Under the pieces are notes generated by a model. The model worked only from the letters and a program-made list of their open reading frames with translations, made no database searches and had not been told where the DNA came from. DNA of 64,000 nucleotides, from NCBI RefSeq assembly GCF_009914755.1, contig NC_060929.1. One strand, written 5' to 3'. Numbering within the stretch: the stretch's first letter is position 1; the number at the start of each line of letters is the position of its first letter. Both the position numbers and the translations under genes were made by a program. This DNA comes from the human T2T-CHM13v2.0 reference genome, Homo sapiens. Below, piece after piece: positions 30,786 to 44,500 of the stretch.

Positions 30786-31003
30786 AAGAAGCGTGCGCAG
30801 ATGCAAGGGCCAGACAGGGAAACAAGAGATCCATTTGTACCAATAGCATGGAAGATTGACTTTGTTTCAGGGAATCGCGTTTTTTCATAAAAACTTCGGG
30901 ATTAACCCACCTCACATATTTTCTCCAAAGTTATAGTTATGTATTGGATTTAAGAATAGACTGAACCTGGGCTCCCCACTGCACAAGATAAAAAACTGAT
31001 AGA

Positions 31004-31284
31004 GGCTGGGCACGGTGGCTCACGCCTGTATTCCCAGCACTTTGGGAGACCAAGGTAGGCGGATCACCTGAGGTCAGAAGTTTGAGACTATCCTGGGCAA
31101 CATGGTGAAACCCTAACTCTACTAAAAATACAAAATCAGCTGGGTGTGGTGGTGGGTACCTGTAATCCCAGCTACTCGGGAAGTTGAGGCAGGAAAATCG
31201 CTTGAACCTGGAGGCAGAGGTTGCGGTGAGCCAAGATGGCGCCACTGCACTCCAGCCTGGGTGACAGAGCGAGACCCCGTCACC

Positions 31285-31310
<26 letters not shown>
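31004..31310 (+). mobile_element. AluS (Sx/Sq-like)
   Basis: Full dimer with long poly-A. Confidence 0.94.
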
Positions 31311-31315
<5 letters not shown>

Positions 31316-31404
31316 GAAAAGGTAAACCAAATGATGTACAGAAGATATTACAACATATAGAAAATCATTAAACATCATTGGTCACTCAAAATACATTCTG
31401 GGCT

Positions 31405-31538
31405 CAACATAGTAATGGTAAATACTCGAGGTGATGGACACCCCAAATACTTTGACTGGATCATTGTCCACTCTGTGCATGGGACCAAATATCACATGTA
31501 TGCCATAAATATGTAAAATATTATCTATCAATAAAAAA
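31405..31538 (+). mobile_element. L1MA-like 3' terminus
   Basis: gaggtgatggacaccccaaatac...atcacatgtatgccataaatatgta...aataaaaaa. Confidence 0.75.
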
Positions 31539-32617
31539 CTTAATGGACACACAAAATAATACATAATGTGGTTGTTCTTAAAATTGGTTTTACTCTGTGC
31601 CTCTTTACTTTTCTTATAAAGCCAAGTATTTTTAGATCCAGAGAAATTTTCAACATTTCAAAGAGTAACTCTAGCAGTAGATGAGTATTGTAAGTGTGAC
31701 TCTTTATGTGTGATTTTAAAATGGTTTAAGCAAAGGAACGACATTCAGATTTTCTGAAATTACATATTTATAAAACTACTGTAGAAAAATTTATGGTGAC
31801 AATATTGTTTGAGTAGAAAGCTAAAAATTTCATTGAGTATGAAGTTGGTATAATACTATTACAAGCTGCCTTTTTCCGTTGAGTTTTGACTGTTATAATC
31901 AATTTAAAATGTAACTTTTCTTTTTGGAATTATAATAAATACAATTCTTATTTTAGATAAATCATTCGTCACACTTGTAAGATCACTTCACAGGGAAAAG
32001 TATTCTTTCTTGTCTTCTCTATTTTTTTACTGGAAGAAATGATGTACTTTTTCAAGTTTTGCTAAGAACTCTTCAATGGTAACAAATATTTGATGTTATG
32101 AGATTGACATTAAATATTTAATATTATTAATATATAAAATACTGTGTCATATCTTGTGGAAGAGAGAGAAAAACGATTTGTGAAAACATACTGCTTCTTG
32201 CATATAACCATGTTTCTGCTCCTTAGTAATCTTAATTTCAATTTTGTAAAGCTTGTCTTTATTATTATCAAGAAAAGCCATAATCTAGACCCAGAATTTT
32301 GATCAGATGGCCCTTACCTCAGATTTTGAATCACTGCTCTAAGAAGGCAGATAGATAACTGTTAAAATTTGGATAAAAATGAAATAAACAAAAATATAGT
32401 TAAGTATTAAGTTTCAGCCAAGGCACATGCCAAGAGATAAACGAATGATTTGTAGAATTATTGGATAGACTCTAAAGAATATTCAGCAATATTGTATATT
32501 CTACCCATTACTTGATACTGAGATATAAAGATGTTGATAACAATGGAAAGCAGATGGACAGCGCATGTTTACCTTTCAAAATATATCTGTCATGGAGGTA
32601 GCATGTTCACCTATTGA

Positions 32618-32793
32618 TAAGTTTGCCAGACTTAGCAAATTAAAATACAGGAGACTCAGTTCAAATCAGTTAAATTTTAGAAAAACATTGAAAAGAATTA
32701 TATGTGGAATATGCTTATTCTAAAAAAGTTTAATCATTGTTTTTCTGAAATTGAAATTTAACTGGGTATCCTTCGTTTCATCTGGCAACTGTA
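32618..32793. mobile_element. MER53 (hAT MITE), decayed palindrome
   Basis: Inverted termini ttgccaga...tctggcaa; internal cagtt(c)aaat / atttaactg symmetry. Confidence 0.8.
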
Positions 32794-32950
32794 ACTATCT
32801 CGAGTGGTGTATGTATTTATATGTGTGTGTTTGTGTAGTTAGTATGGGGTGGTCTGTCTTCTATGGGAATTTGTGAAAGGCAGAGAAGGTTTTAGTCACC
32901 ATGTACATATTATAAAATACATTCAGCCATTCTCATTAAGTCTAAATTAA

Positions 32951-33172
<222 letters not shown>

Positions 33173-33998
33173 TAACTATTTCTGCAAGATTGCCTCTTGA
33201 CTTCAGAAATGAGACAAAATCTTTTTTTTCTGTATTTTTTTAGAAGAAGGTAGGCAATATAAGGACCAAAGCTAAGAAGTACTCATGATATAAAAAAATG
33301 TTATTGACACACTAAGAAATCAGCAGTTTCAGTCTTCAAATCTTCTACTGACTATATGTTCAATTCAGTCACCTAAAAAATGCATTTCCAAATCAACTTA
33401 TGATTTTCACTAGTACAAAGGGGGAAAACCCTAATGCAATATAAGAAAATTTTAAAGGATCATTTTTATTTGGCCTACCAAATTTAACGTGACTGAAAAT
33501 GTTCGTTGAAAATGTTCGTTAAAAATGTTCAGGAATGTCTGGTTAACCCTGAATTAAGAAAAATAGGTCAACCATAACACATTTTCTAATAATTCTGACT
33601 TTAGTTAAGATTCAAACAAGTTTGGCAGAGCATCAATATCAGTCACAACACAAACTCTGGTTTAGAGGTTCTTCATTCTATTTTACAGTATTATCTGTGC
33701 ATCTCGGAAGTAGTGATCCAGAATGGCAGACCCTAAATATGCAACAAGAGAAAGTGACCATCAGTGAGTCAGTAAATTCTCTTATTCAGTATTGGCTTGA
33801 GGAGCTCTTTCATTCAAGACTTTTCAAACATACACACACACACACACAATTTTAGGAGAGTGAAATTTTTTTTACTAAATATTTAACATTAGTAATATGC
33901 AAATACTAACAATGATTTTGTGGATATTTAATCTGTGCCAACTTTTAGCTAAGCACTTTAAATATATTGACTTAATGTACTCCATATGAAGTAGATAA

Positions 33999-34329
<331 letters not shown>

Positions 34330-35214
34330 TAATTTTATTTTAACAATGAAGAAAGGGAATCAAAAATTTTGACTAATGTTTCTGTGAAGTCAAAGCCTGT
34401 GCCCTCAATGTATATTGATACACATGAGTAGAAACTGGCATAACAGTTGGAGTATATTCATGAGCATATCTGTGTTTTCTCTTAAATTATGGATCTCTTT
34501 TCCACAGAGTTTGGGAGTAGTCCTTTGGTGTGGGGCTGAGGAAAGAGCAGCAGAGCTGTCTCTAAAGTTACTGGCCACTCTCTCCTCATCCTACAGCTCT
34601 ATCCTCTTTTGACTCCTAACCTTGACACAGCCTTTCTTAGGCTCCTTTTATTTAGATATTGTACTCTTCAGAAATTTGCCCTTCATTCTTTCTTCTTTGG
34701 TTTTATAAATCCCTCTTAAGAATGTGATGTAGTCTTGGTCTTCAGTGATGTAAGACCAAGGAGATTTATGTTTTGAACTCCACTTCTTTCCAGAGTTCCA
34801 TATGTGTAGGCAAAATGGATATCCTCTGAATGTCCCATATGCATTTTATTTTATTTTTCATAGGTTATTGGGGGTACAGGTAGTATTTGGTTACATGAGT
34901 AAGTTCTTAATGGTGCTTTGTGAGATTTTGGTGCACTCATCACTCAAGCAGTATACACTGCACCCTATTTGTAGTCTTTTATCCCTCGCCCCTGTCTCAC
35001 CCTTCCCCCCAAGTCCCCAAAGTTCACTGTATCATTCTTATGCCTTTGAGTCCTCATGGCTTAGCTCACATGTCAGTGAGAACATAGGATGTTTGGTTTT
35101 CCATTCCTGAGTTATTTCACTTAGAATAATAGTCTCCAATCTCAACCAGGTTGCTGCAAAGGCCATTAATTCATTCCTTTTTATGACTGAGTAGTATTCT
35201 ATCGTGTGTGGGTG

Positions 35215-35216
<2 letters not shown>

Positions 35217-35257
<41 letters not shown>
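35217..35257. repeat. (TG)n microsatellite inside the L1
   Basis: Seen directly. Confidence 0.95.
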
Positions 35258-35258
<1 letters not shown>

Positions 35259-35685
35259 AGTTTCTTTATCCAGTCGTTGATTGATGGGCATTTGGGTTGG
35301 TTCCATGATTTTGCAGTTGCAAACTGTGCTGCTATAAAGATGTGTATGCAATATCTTTTTCGTATAACAACTTATTTTCATATGGGTAGATACCCAGGAG
35401 TGGAATTGCTGGATCAAATGGTAGTTCTACTTTTAGTTCTTTAAGGAATCTCCACACTGTTTTCCATAGTTGCTGTACTAGTTTACATTCCCCCCAGCAG
35501 TGCAGAAGTGTTCCCTGTTCACCACATCCACACCAACATCTGTTATTTTTTGATTTTTTGATTATGGCCATTCTTGGAGGAGTAAGGTGATATTGCATTG
35601 TGGTTTTGATTTGCATTTCCCTGATCATTAGTGATGTTGAGCATTTTTTTTTTTGTATGTCTGTTGGCCATTTGTGTATCTTCAT

Positions 35686-35942
35686 GTGGTGGCTCACACC
35701 TGTAACCCCAGCATTTTGGGAGGCCGAGGTGGGTGTATCATGAGGTCAGGGGATTGAGACCATCCTGGCCAACATGGTGAAACCCCGTCTCTACTAAAAA
35801 TGCAAAAATTAGCTGGGTGTGGTGGTGCACGCCTGTAATCCCAGCTACTTGGGAGGTGGAGGCAGGAGAATCACTAGAACCCAGGAGGCGGAGATTGCAT
35901 GAGCCAAGATCCCACCACTGCACTCCAGCCTGGTGACAGAGT
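35686..35942 (+). mobile_element. AluSc-like element lacking its first bases and poly-A tail, nested in the L1
   Basis: Begins gtggtggctcacacc, ends cctggtgacagagt, then L1 sequence resumes; no TSD. Confidence 0.9.
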
Positions 35943-36109
35943 CCACTTTTTGATGGGATTTTTTGTTTTTTTCTTACTGATTTGAGTTCATTGTAGATTG
36001 TGGATATTAGTCCTTCATCAGACATATAGATTGTGAAGATGTTCTCCCACTCTGTGGGTAGTCTGTTTACTCTGCTGACTGTTCCTTTTGCTGTGCAAAA
36101 GCTCTTTAA

Positions 36110-36439
<330 letters not shown>

Positions 36440-37529
36440 TTATCTTTGTTTTTATTGTATTTGCTTTTGGGTTCTTGTTCGTGAAATCCTTTCCTATGCC
36501 AGTGTCTAGAAGGGTTTTTCCAATGTTATCTTCTAGAATTTTTATAGTTTCAGGTCTTAGATTTAAGTCCTTAATCCATTTTGAGTTGATTTTTGTATAA
36601 AGTGAGAGATGAGGATCTAGTTTCTTTCTCCTACATGTGGCTAGCCAATTATCCCAGCACCATTTGTTGAAAAGGGTGTCCTTTCCCCACTTTATGTTTT
36701 TGATGGAAACACATCCCATGCTCATGGATGGTTAGAATCAATATTGTGAAAATGACCATACTGCCAAAAGCAATCTAAAAATTCAACACAATTCTCATCT
36801 AAATACTACCATCATTCTTCACAGAATTAGAAAAAAACAATTCTAAAATTCGTATGGAACCAAAAAAGTGCCTGCATATCCAAAGAAGACTGAGCAAAAA
36901 GAACAAATCTGGAGGCATCACATTACCTGATTTCAAACTATAGTATAAGGCCGTGGTCACCAAAACAGCATGGTACTGGTATAAAAATAGGCACATAGAC
37001 CAATGGAACAGCATAGAGAACCCAGAAATAAAACCAAATACTTACACCCACATGCATTTTAAATTAAGTTTTCAAATCCAACTTTATTTCCCAAATATAC
37101 TCATCTTTCATATTTCTGGTCTCAGTTAATGGCATTAATACTCAAATCAGTGAGCCGATTAGAGATTATGTTGTTTGAGTTATTCCTCATATATCCTCAG
37201 CCACTAAACTTTGTCAATCTTGCTTTTAAAATATTTTCTTGAATCATTCATCATCAAAAAATCATATTTTCACCTAAGTATTGTGTGTAATATATTCTTC
37301 TACCAACCCAAAATTCATCCTCTCTACTGCCATTAAAATTATTTTGACCAGAAAAACAAGAAAAAATAATGTGTCCCTCTCCCTTCCTAAAACATTCTTA
37401 TGGCTGTGTTGTTTACAGGAGTAGTTGTCACACTGGACTGAGGTATGGAGATTATGGACATAGAAAGGATCCAGACACCAAATATCACATATGCTATTTT
37501 CCAAACTAATCTGTCCATCTGTGGCTTAG

Positions 37530-37882
<353 letters not shown>

Positions 37883-40800
37883 TGCCATTTTCCCATTTTT
37901 TTTAAAGAAACACACATTGCACCAGCAAGCAAAAACCTGGGGCTCATCTAAAGAGCCACTCAGTATGTTGTTAGTCCGAGAAAGTGAATCAGCCTAATGA
38001 CTACCTAACAAATACCTTTGTGAATTAGTTGGTTTTTCATATTTTGTTTTTAACAAAATTTGCCTGGTAGACCACTACAAATAATGTTGGAGATGCATGG
38101 TTATGTGATTTTTGATATAAAGCCCAGAAGAATTCGTAAGAATTGAGTGCCATGGAGTATGTTTTTTTATACCCATTTACATGTTAATGATTAAATTCTC
38201 AAGACTTAAACTCATAAATGAAAAATAAGCATAGATTTGATGCTTATTCTAGCAATCCAACATTTTTATTCATGGATATATGAAGTACTTATTAAAGGTC
38301 TTGGAGTTATTAAAGAGTATAGCACAAATAAAATGTTGCTACTTTGCATAATTATTGATTGAAATTTTAAATATTTTACGTTACATACAAACATGCTAAA
38401 AATTAAGTCTAGAGGGAAATAATGTCCATGTCTTATGGATGTAACATTTTTTAGAAACTATTGTTATTATGTTAGAGCAAACTTTTAAAATATTCTGGAA
38501 TAAAAATATAAGAAAAATAATTTTGTAGGGAAAGTGGAATAGAACTATGAATTCAAGAAGAAAAAATAGTGGTATAAAGTTTTCAACTATTAAAGGAGGA
38601 CTGTTCATTTATTTTCAAACAAGATAATAATTTTCATATTAATTATAGTAATTAGATTTTTTCAGTATGTTTAAGTTTTATTTTTAAATGGAGTGTTATT
38701 TATAAATTCCTAGAAATACAGTTTTTTGCTATTGAAACTTAATTGAAAAATTTAAGACAACATAATTTTAGGGGGTTTGCAAAAAACCATATAAACCACT
38801 GAACCATAGAATCAAGTCAAAATTCCATATTTAGATACTTACAGTGATCATTTTAACTTTCTAATCTCATGTCCCACCACTTATATCATCTACTCCACCT
38901 ACACCTGAGTTTTCTTTGGAGTGTCATTGGTCTCAAAGATTCTGTTTCTTCTGTTTAGAATCATCTTCCATTTCCTTTTTACTTAACAGAAATTGTATGT
39001 CACTTTTATGCCAATTGCCTGACACAGTCTCTGTCACATTATAGATTCACATTAATAAGAATAGTTATGATTTATTGAATGCAGTGGGCAGTAGACTAAG
39101 CATTGTGCATGCCCCAGCTGTTTTAATCCTCACAACAACCCTAACGATGACAGAACTGAGTTCCAGAGAGATCTGAATACTTACCTAAAGTCAAGGAGGA
39201 AATGAGCCTTGTTGATTAAATGAATAACCAAAAAAATGCTCGGCTGCTAATGCTTTTATCTCATTTCAACTGTTTCTATAACTTTAGATTTCTTTGGATG
39301 TACAATTTTTATAAACTAGTCCAGGCCCTGTGAACAGTTCTTTGTTGTTTGTTTTGCTTTTAATAGGAAATGTCATTACACTTTGTTGTAATTACCTGTT
39401 TAATGTCCCTCTCCTTGACAAATGATAAGCTTCACTGAGTCAGGGATCATGAATACCATATTCACCACGCCCAGCATTGTACACAGTGCATGGCATATAC
39501 TGTCTTCTCAGTAATACATATTGAATTAACAAATATTCTACTACATTTTAGAAGGAGTTTTTAATCAACCCTGATGGTTGTAGATCATTAGGCACATTAT
39601 TCTCTAATACAATGCTTCATTTACTTTAGAAATCCTTGTGTCACTTTCTGATTCTGTCATAACCAAATATTCCAAAATTATTCTTTAATTCACATTTTTC
39701 TTTATATTGACTATTCCTATCTCTACTTAATTTATTTACAAAGGAGACTCTGTCACCACTGCAGATGGAATGCCTATATCACTGAACATAAATATAGTAA
39801 AAGTACATACCAAAACAAGTAGTGTTATTAAAATCCAGCTAACCATTTTCATCAGCTATGCTTAAGGTTCCTTCTCCTTCTGTTAAAGAGAAAGATTGCC
39901 AACAATTAAGGAGGCCTTAAAGACAGACTAACACCAAATTATTACTTTTGCCTATTTAATCATGATTGAAAAAGCATTAAAAATAGACTTATGTTTTTCC
40001 TTTATGTGATTCTACTTAGCTTAATGACATTCCGGTGTGCCCTCGGAAATCCTCTTGGACGCTGTACTAGATGGGGTTTGTAAAATGCTTAGCCCAGTGT
40101 CTGGCACATCCTATGCATTCAAAAAAATATTAGTTATTTTTATAAATATCCCACACTGTGAAAAAAATGGCATATATAAAACTATCTTGCTTCTAATGAA
40201 TATATCAAATGGGACCTCAGTGTCAAGAGTTGTAGGTCATTGAGATTGCCAAACCTTTTAAAGTATTTCCTGCCTACTACCATGCGTGTGAATATTTATG
40301 AGATTTCTAGCAAAGAAAAGCACTGAACATTTCTTGAAAGTATTAAAGTAAATTGAAAAAAAGAGTCAGAAGGGGGACTACATTGAGTTTGATTCACTAA
40401 GAAGGCAGAAGCTACTGGATCAATGACTACCTTCAACAGAGTCAGAGTTAAGCTTGTCTCAAGATGTCACACTATTAAGCAAAGAGCAATGATGTGTAAC
40501 AATTTCTGGAAACTAAAAGGAGAGAAAGGGAATTGCACTTCTGGCCACTTTTTCACAGTTATTCCAGAAGTGCATAATCTTGATATTTAAGAGACTAGGG
40601 ATTAAAAGTTTATTGCTTGATATAGATGCTGCTGAAAAATTTTATTTCCCATCATATTTAATATTCACAAATGATATGGTTATTAAAATACACAGTAAAT
40701 TCCTTTAAAAGTGTCACATATTTTATACTAACAAAGTTGTTACACCCTCTACATTTTAATAATTTCTTTGCATTAGAAGCCAAAACTCTATCGAGATCTC

Positions 40801-41489
40801 CCACAAATATTCTAGTTTATGTGAATCTCATACCTAGACAAGGAGAAAATTAAGCATAAATATTTGTGAATTCATAAAAGCAACTTGTTTATATGACTAA
40901 AAAGATGCATGCGTAACTTTAGTTTGGTTAATTGACACCATCCATAGAAAAGATGCTGCCGGTACACTCTAGAATGTTCAGTTGAAGCTGATATTTCAAA
41001 AAAGATAGGGTAATGAAGTTTACTATAATTAACAATGAAAGAGTGAGAATTATTGGAAATTCACAAATTAAACCAGCACAGTCTCTTTATCAACTTCCTG
41101 TTGAACTGTGCTTCTCATTTAACATATAAACACCACCTGTGCCAGTGCTTTCCTCTCCAAAATTGCTATAACCTTGTTTCAGAGAAATCAGCAGTCTATG
41201 ATATTTGCCTTAAAATAAAAGAACAAGGCTATCCATTCTCAAAAGAGCTAATGTGTATATGGAATACCCAGAAATCCTCTTTGCTGAGGGAGTCTGTCAA
41301 ATCCTTTGGAGACTAGTGTTTGTTTTGGAGGCCTTTGATAAACTATTAAGTTTAAAAGAAAGAAACAAGTATTTGCAAAGTTTGTTTCTTATATTTCGAA
41401 ATATGCAGTTGCTGAAAATAGTTACTTGGTTCATGAGCTGGCTCATTAGGCTCATAGCTTATTTTGTATTTGATTTTTATTATCATAAA

Positions 41490-42072
41490 AGATAAGATAA
41501 AATTTACCATTTTTACCATTTTTTTAATGTACAGTTTGGCGCCATAAAGTACATTCACATTGTTGTGAAACCTTCATCACCATACATCTTGCAAAACTAA
41601 AACTGCATTCATTAAACAATAACTCCCTATTCCCTCCTCCCCTCAGCCCTTCATAATCCCCAATCTATTTTCTTTCTCTATGAATTTGACTACTCTAGGT
41701 ACAATATATAACATATTTAAGTGGTACCCAGAGTAGTCAATATTTGTCTTTGTGACTGGTTTATTTCATTTTGCATAAAGTTTTCAGGGTTCATCTATGT
41801 TGTAGTATGTATCAGAGTTTCTTTCCTTTTTAAAGCTCAATAATATTCCATTGTATGTATATACCACATTTTGTTTCTCTATTTATTTGTTGAAGGACAG
41901 TTGGGTTTGGTCCACTTTTTGGCTATTGTGAATAATGCTTCTATGAACATGGGTGTACAAATATCTGTTCAAGTCCCTCTTTTCAGGTCTATTTGTTTTT
42001 TTGTCTGTATCCAGAAATGGAGTTGATGCATCATATTGTGAATTCTATGCTTAATTTCTGGAGGAACCACCA
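41490..42072 (-). mobile_element. L1MB-like 3' end
   Basis: aaaatttaccatttt..aagtacattcacattgttgtg...aataactccctattccctcctccc...atgaatttgactactctaggt...ggctattgtgaataatgct..atgaacatgggtgtacaaatatctg. Confidence 0.85.
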
Positions 42073-43829
42073 AAATTTCGTGTCTTAATTTTATCCAAGG
42101 GAACCCATAGCCTTTTTTCCTGTTGTCCTTTTCACACTCTGCACACACACACACACACACACACATACAAACACACTCTTCCTCTCCTCTTTATTCAGAT
42201 TGGCTTTAGCAGGGGAGAGTCATTATAAAGCTCATTAATCTTCATTTTTCACAGCAAGATTCATTTTATAGGACTGAAAGATGCAGAAATGGAACCACAC
42301 AGCACTTTGTCAGCAGCTAGGATTTCTGAATTTGATGCCGAGTGAAAATTAAACACAAGAGACCAGACAGCAGCTCTAATAACTCAGTAATTTCTAAATA
42401 AATAGACTGAGATTGATGGAACTGAAAACAGTTTTCACTAACAAGGGAAAGTATACAGGGTAGTAATATTTGACTCAAATATGCTTTGCATAAGGGATTG
42501 GAATTCCTGAAAGCCTCTCATTTCCCCATCAGAGAATTTGTTTCTTCTATCAGTCAAATGGTGGTTAATTATCACATTTCAAGGAGCAGCTCATTAATTC
42601 ATTAACTAAAAATAACTAGATATTTATGTAGGAAGATAACACACAATAACCAATAACTTGAATAGCTCTGCCAATGTAAATTGTCTTCCAATTTCAGGAA
42701 AGTTTCAGGAGGTGATTCCACAATATAAGTTTATGCCAATTGTTAATTTCCACTTCAAGAATTTAAGAATTTTGGAATGAAATAAATTTAAAACTACATC
42801 CCTAAGGGAAATTATTTTATCTCCATTTGATCATCTTTGTTTGGCAGTTTGATACTGACAAAGAAAGGTACAATTGGGAATAAGAGGCTGGCCAGGAAAC
42901 AAATAAAGTACTGTATTAAAATGCCAGTTAAGTCAAGCACTTTAAGGAAAAAAAGGTGGGGGGAAGCGCTAAGAGAACTGGGAACTTTATTTTTCCCCTT
43001 GTCAATTCTAAAATTTTTCCCCGGTATCAGGAACAAAACTTTAATACACATATATTTAGTATACTGTTTAAAAAGCTGCTGTTACAAAGTTAACTCTTTT
43101 ACATTTAAAACTCAATGATTGAAAAGGTTACTTTGTTTCTCCTTGTTTCATTGTGAAATGTCTACCGTAGAGTATTGTGATATATTTATGATAAACACAT
43201 TTATGATAAATTAAGGAATAGTCATTAAACACACACCAGTATCCACCACTCAACCAAAAATATATAATTTTAATTTAGAGAAAACTTATACTTTAAGTTT
43301 CATGATAGATGTTACTGGTATGTTTTTCTAGCACAGACACAATTTCAACTACTGTATTTTATGTATTACATATAGGAACAAAGTTTTGGCCATTTAGAAA
43401 GGAAGATTTTTAAAGGAGGGGGTTTAAATTTAATCTGCATAACAATGTACATAATCCTAAAATTCTGCTTACCCTTATCACAGAAGGGAAGAACAATCTC
43501 CCCAAAGATGTCTGACATCCTACACAGATATGAAGGGCTTCCACCTTTGCCCTAGTCCCTGCATGTTCCTGTGCCTAACTCAAGCACTGCAAAGATCTGT
43601 TCCCTGTTATAAATCTGTTTGGAGAATCTAGTTTAAATAAAAGTTTCCTTTTTATATCTCTGCAACTTTAACAAAGATAAAGACTTAAAATATGGAGGTA
43701 TTACTGTTGAGAGTTGGCCCTATGTCAGAGTAAAACTAAGTTTGACTTACAACAAACTTTCAGTTTTCACTACTATAGTATAATCCAATGAAGTTGAGAC
43801 ATGTGTTCTCCAACCTGTGAGCTATACAC

Positions 43830-44180
43830 ATGCTGTTTCTTCTGCTTGGAACATTCTTTATTACCCTTTTTCCAGGATTACCTTCTCTTTGTCTTTCAGC
43901 TCAGTGATCACTTCCTCCAGGAAGCCTTTCTTGATCCTTTAAGTGTAGAATAAGTTGCTACTCTTCTGTCCTCATATTATTTCTTGTATTCCCCACTCAG
44001 TAACTACCACTATAATATCACACTGTATTGTGATTGTCAGTGAGTTCTTTACATTTCTCCTCACTAGATCTACTAGCTTTGAAATGGCGGAGACTTTACA
44101 TGTTACAAGTTATGGCCCAGTAACTTAGCACAGTGCTTGCCTTATAGCTGACATTTATTGCACAATGTCATTAATCTCTC
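43830..44180. mobile_element. L2 3' fragment
   Basis: atgctgtttcttctgcttggaaca...tcacttcctccaggaagcctttcttga...ttagcacagtgcttg. Confidence 0.65.
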
Positions 44181-44368
44181 TGAATAAAAACACCCATTCT
44201 GTATCTGCACAGAATTGCCTACATTTGGCATTTAGAAAACTTAGCTTACATTTGTCAGTTTTTACAGCATAGCTTCTGAGTCTAGAAGCACAGATAGACA
44301 CATTTTTTAAAACTGTTATATTGCCTCACCCTTGAAAGTATAGTCTTTTTGAACTAATGAATTTAGAT

Positions 44369-44500
44369 CAGTGTTTCTCAGAATTTAATGGGCATAACAG
44401 TATCATGGGGAACCTGTTAATATTGACATTCTGATTTAGTAAGTCTGTGATAGGACCTGAAATTCTGTGTTTATAACAAGCTGCCAAGTGTTACAAAGCT
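44369..44500. mobile_element. MER5-like hAT-Charlie fragment
   Basis: cagtgtttctca...attctgatttagtaagtctg...cctgaaattctgtgttt.taacaagct. Confidence 0.7.
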
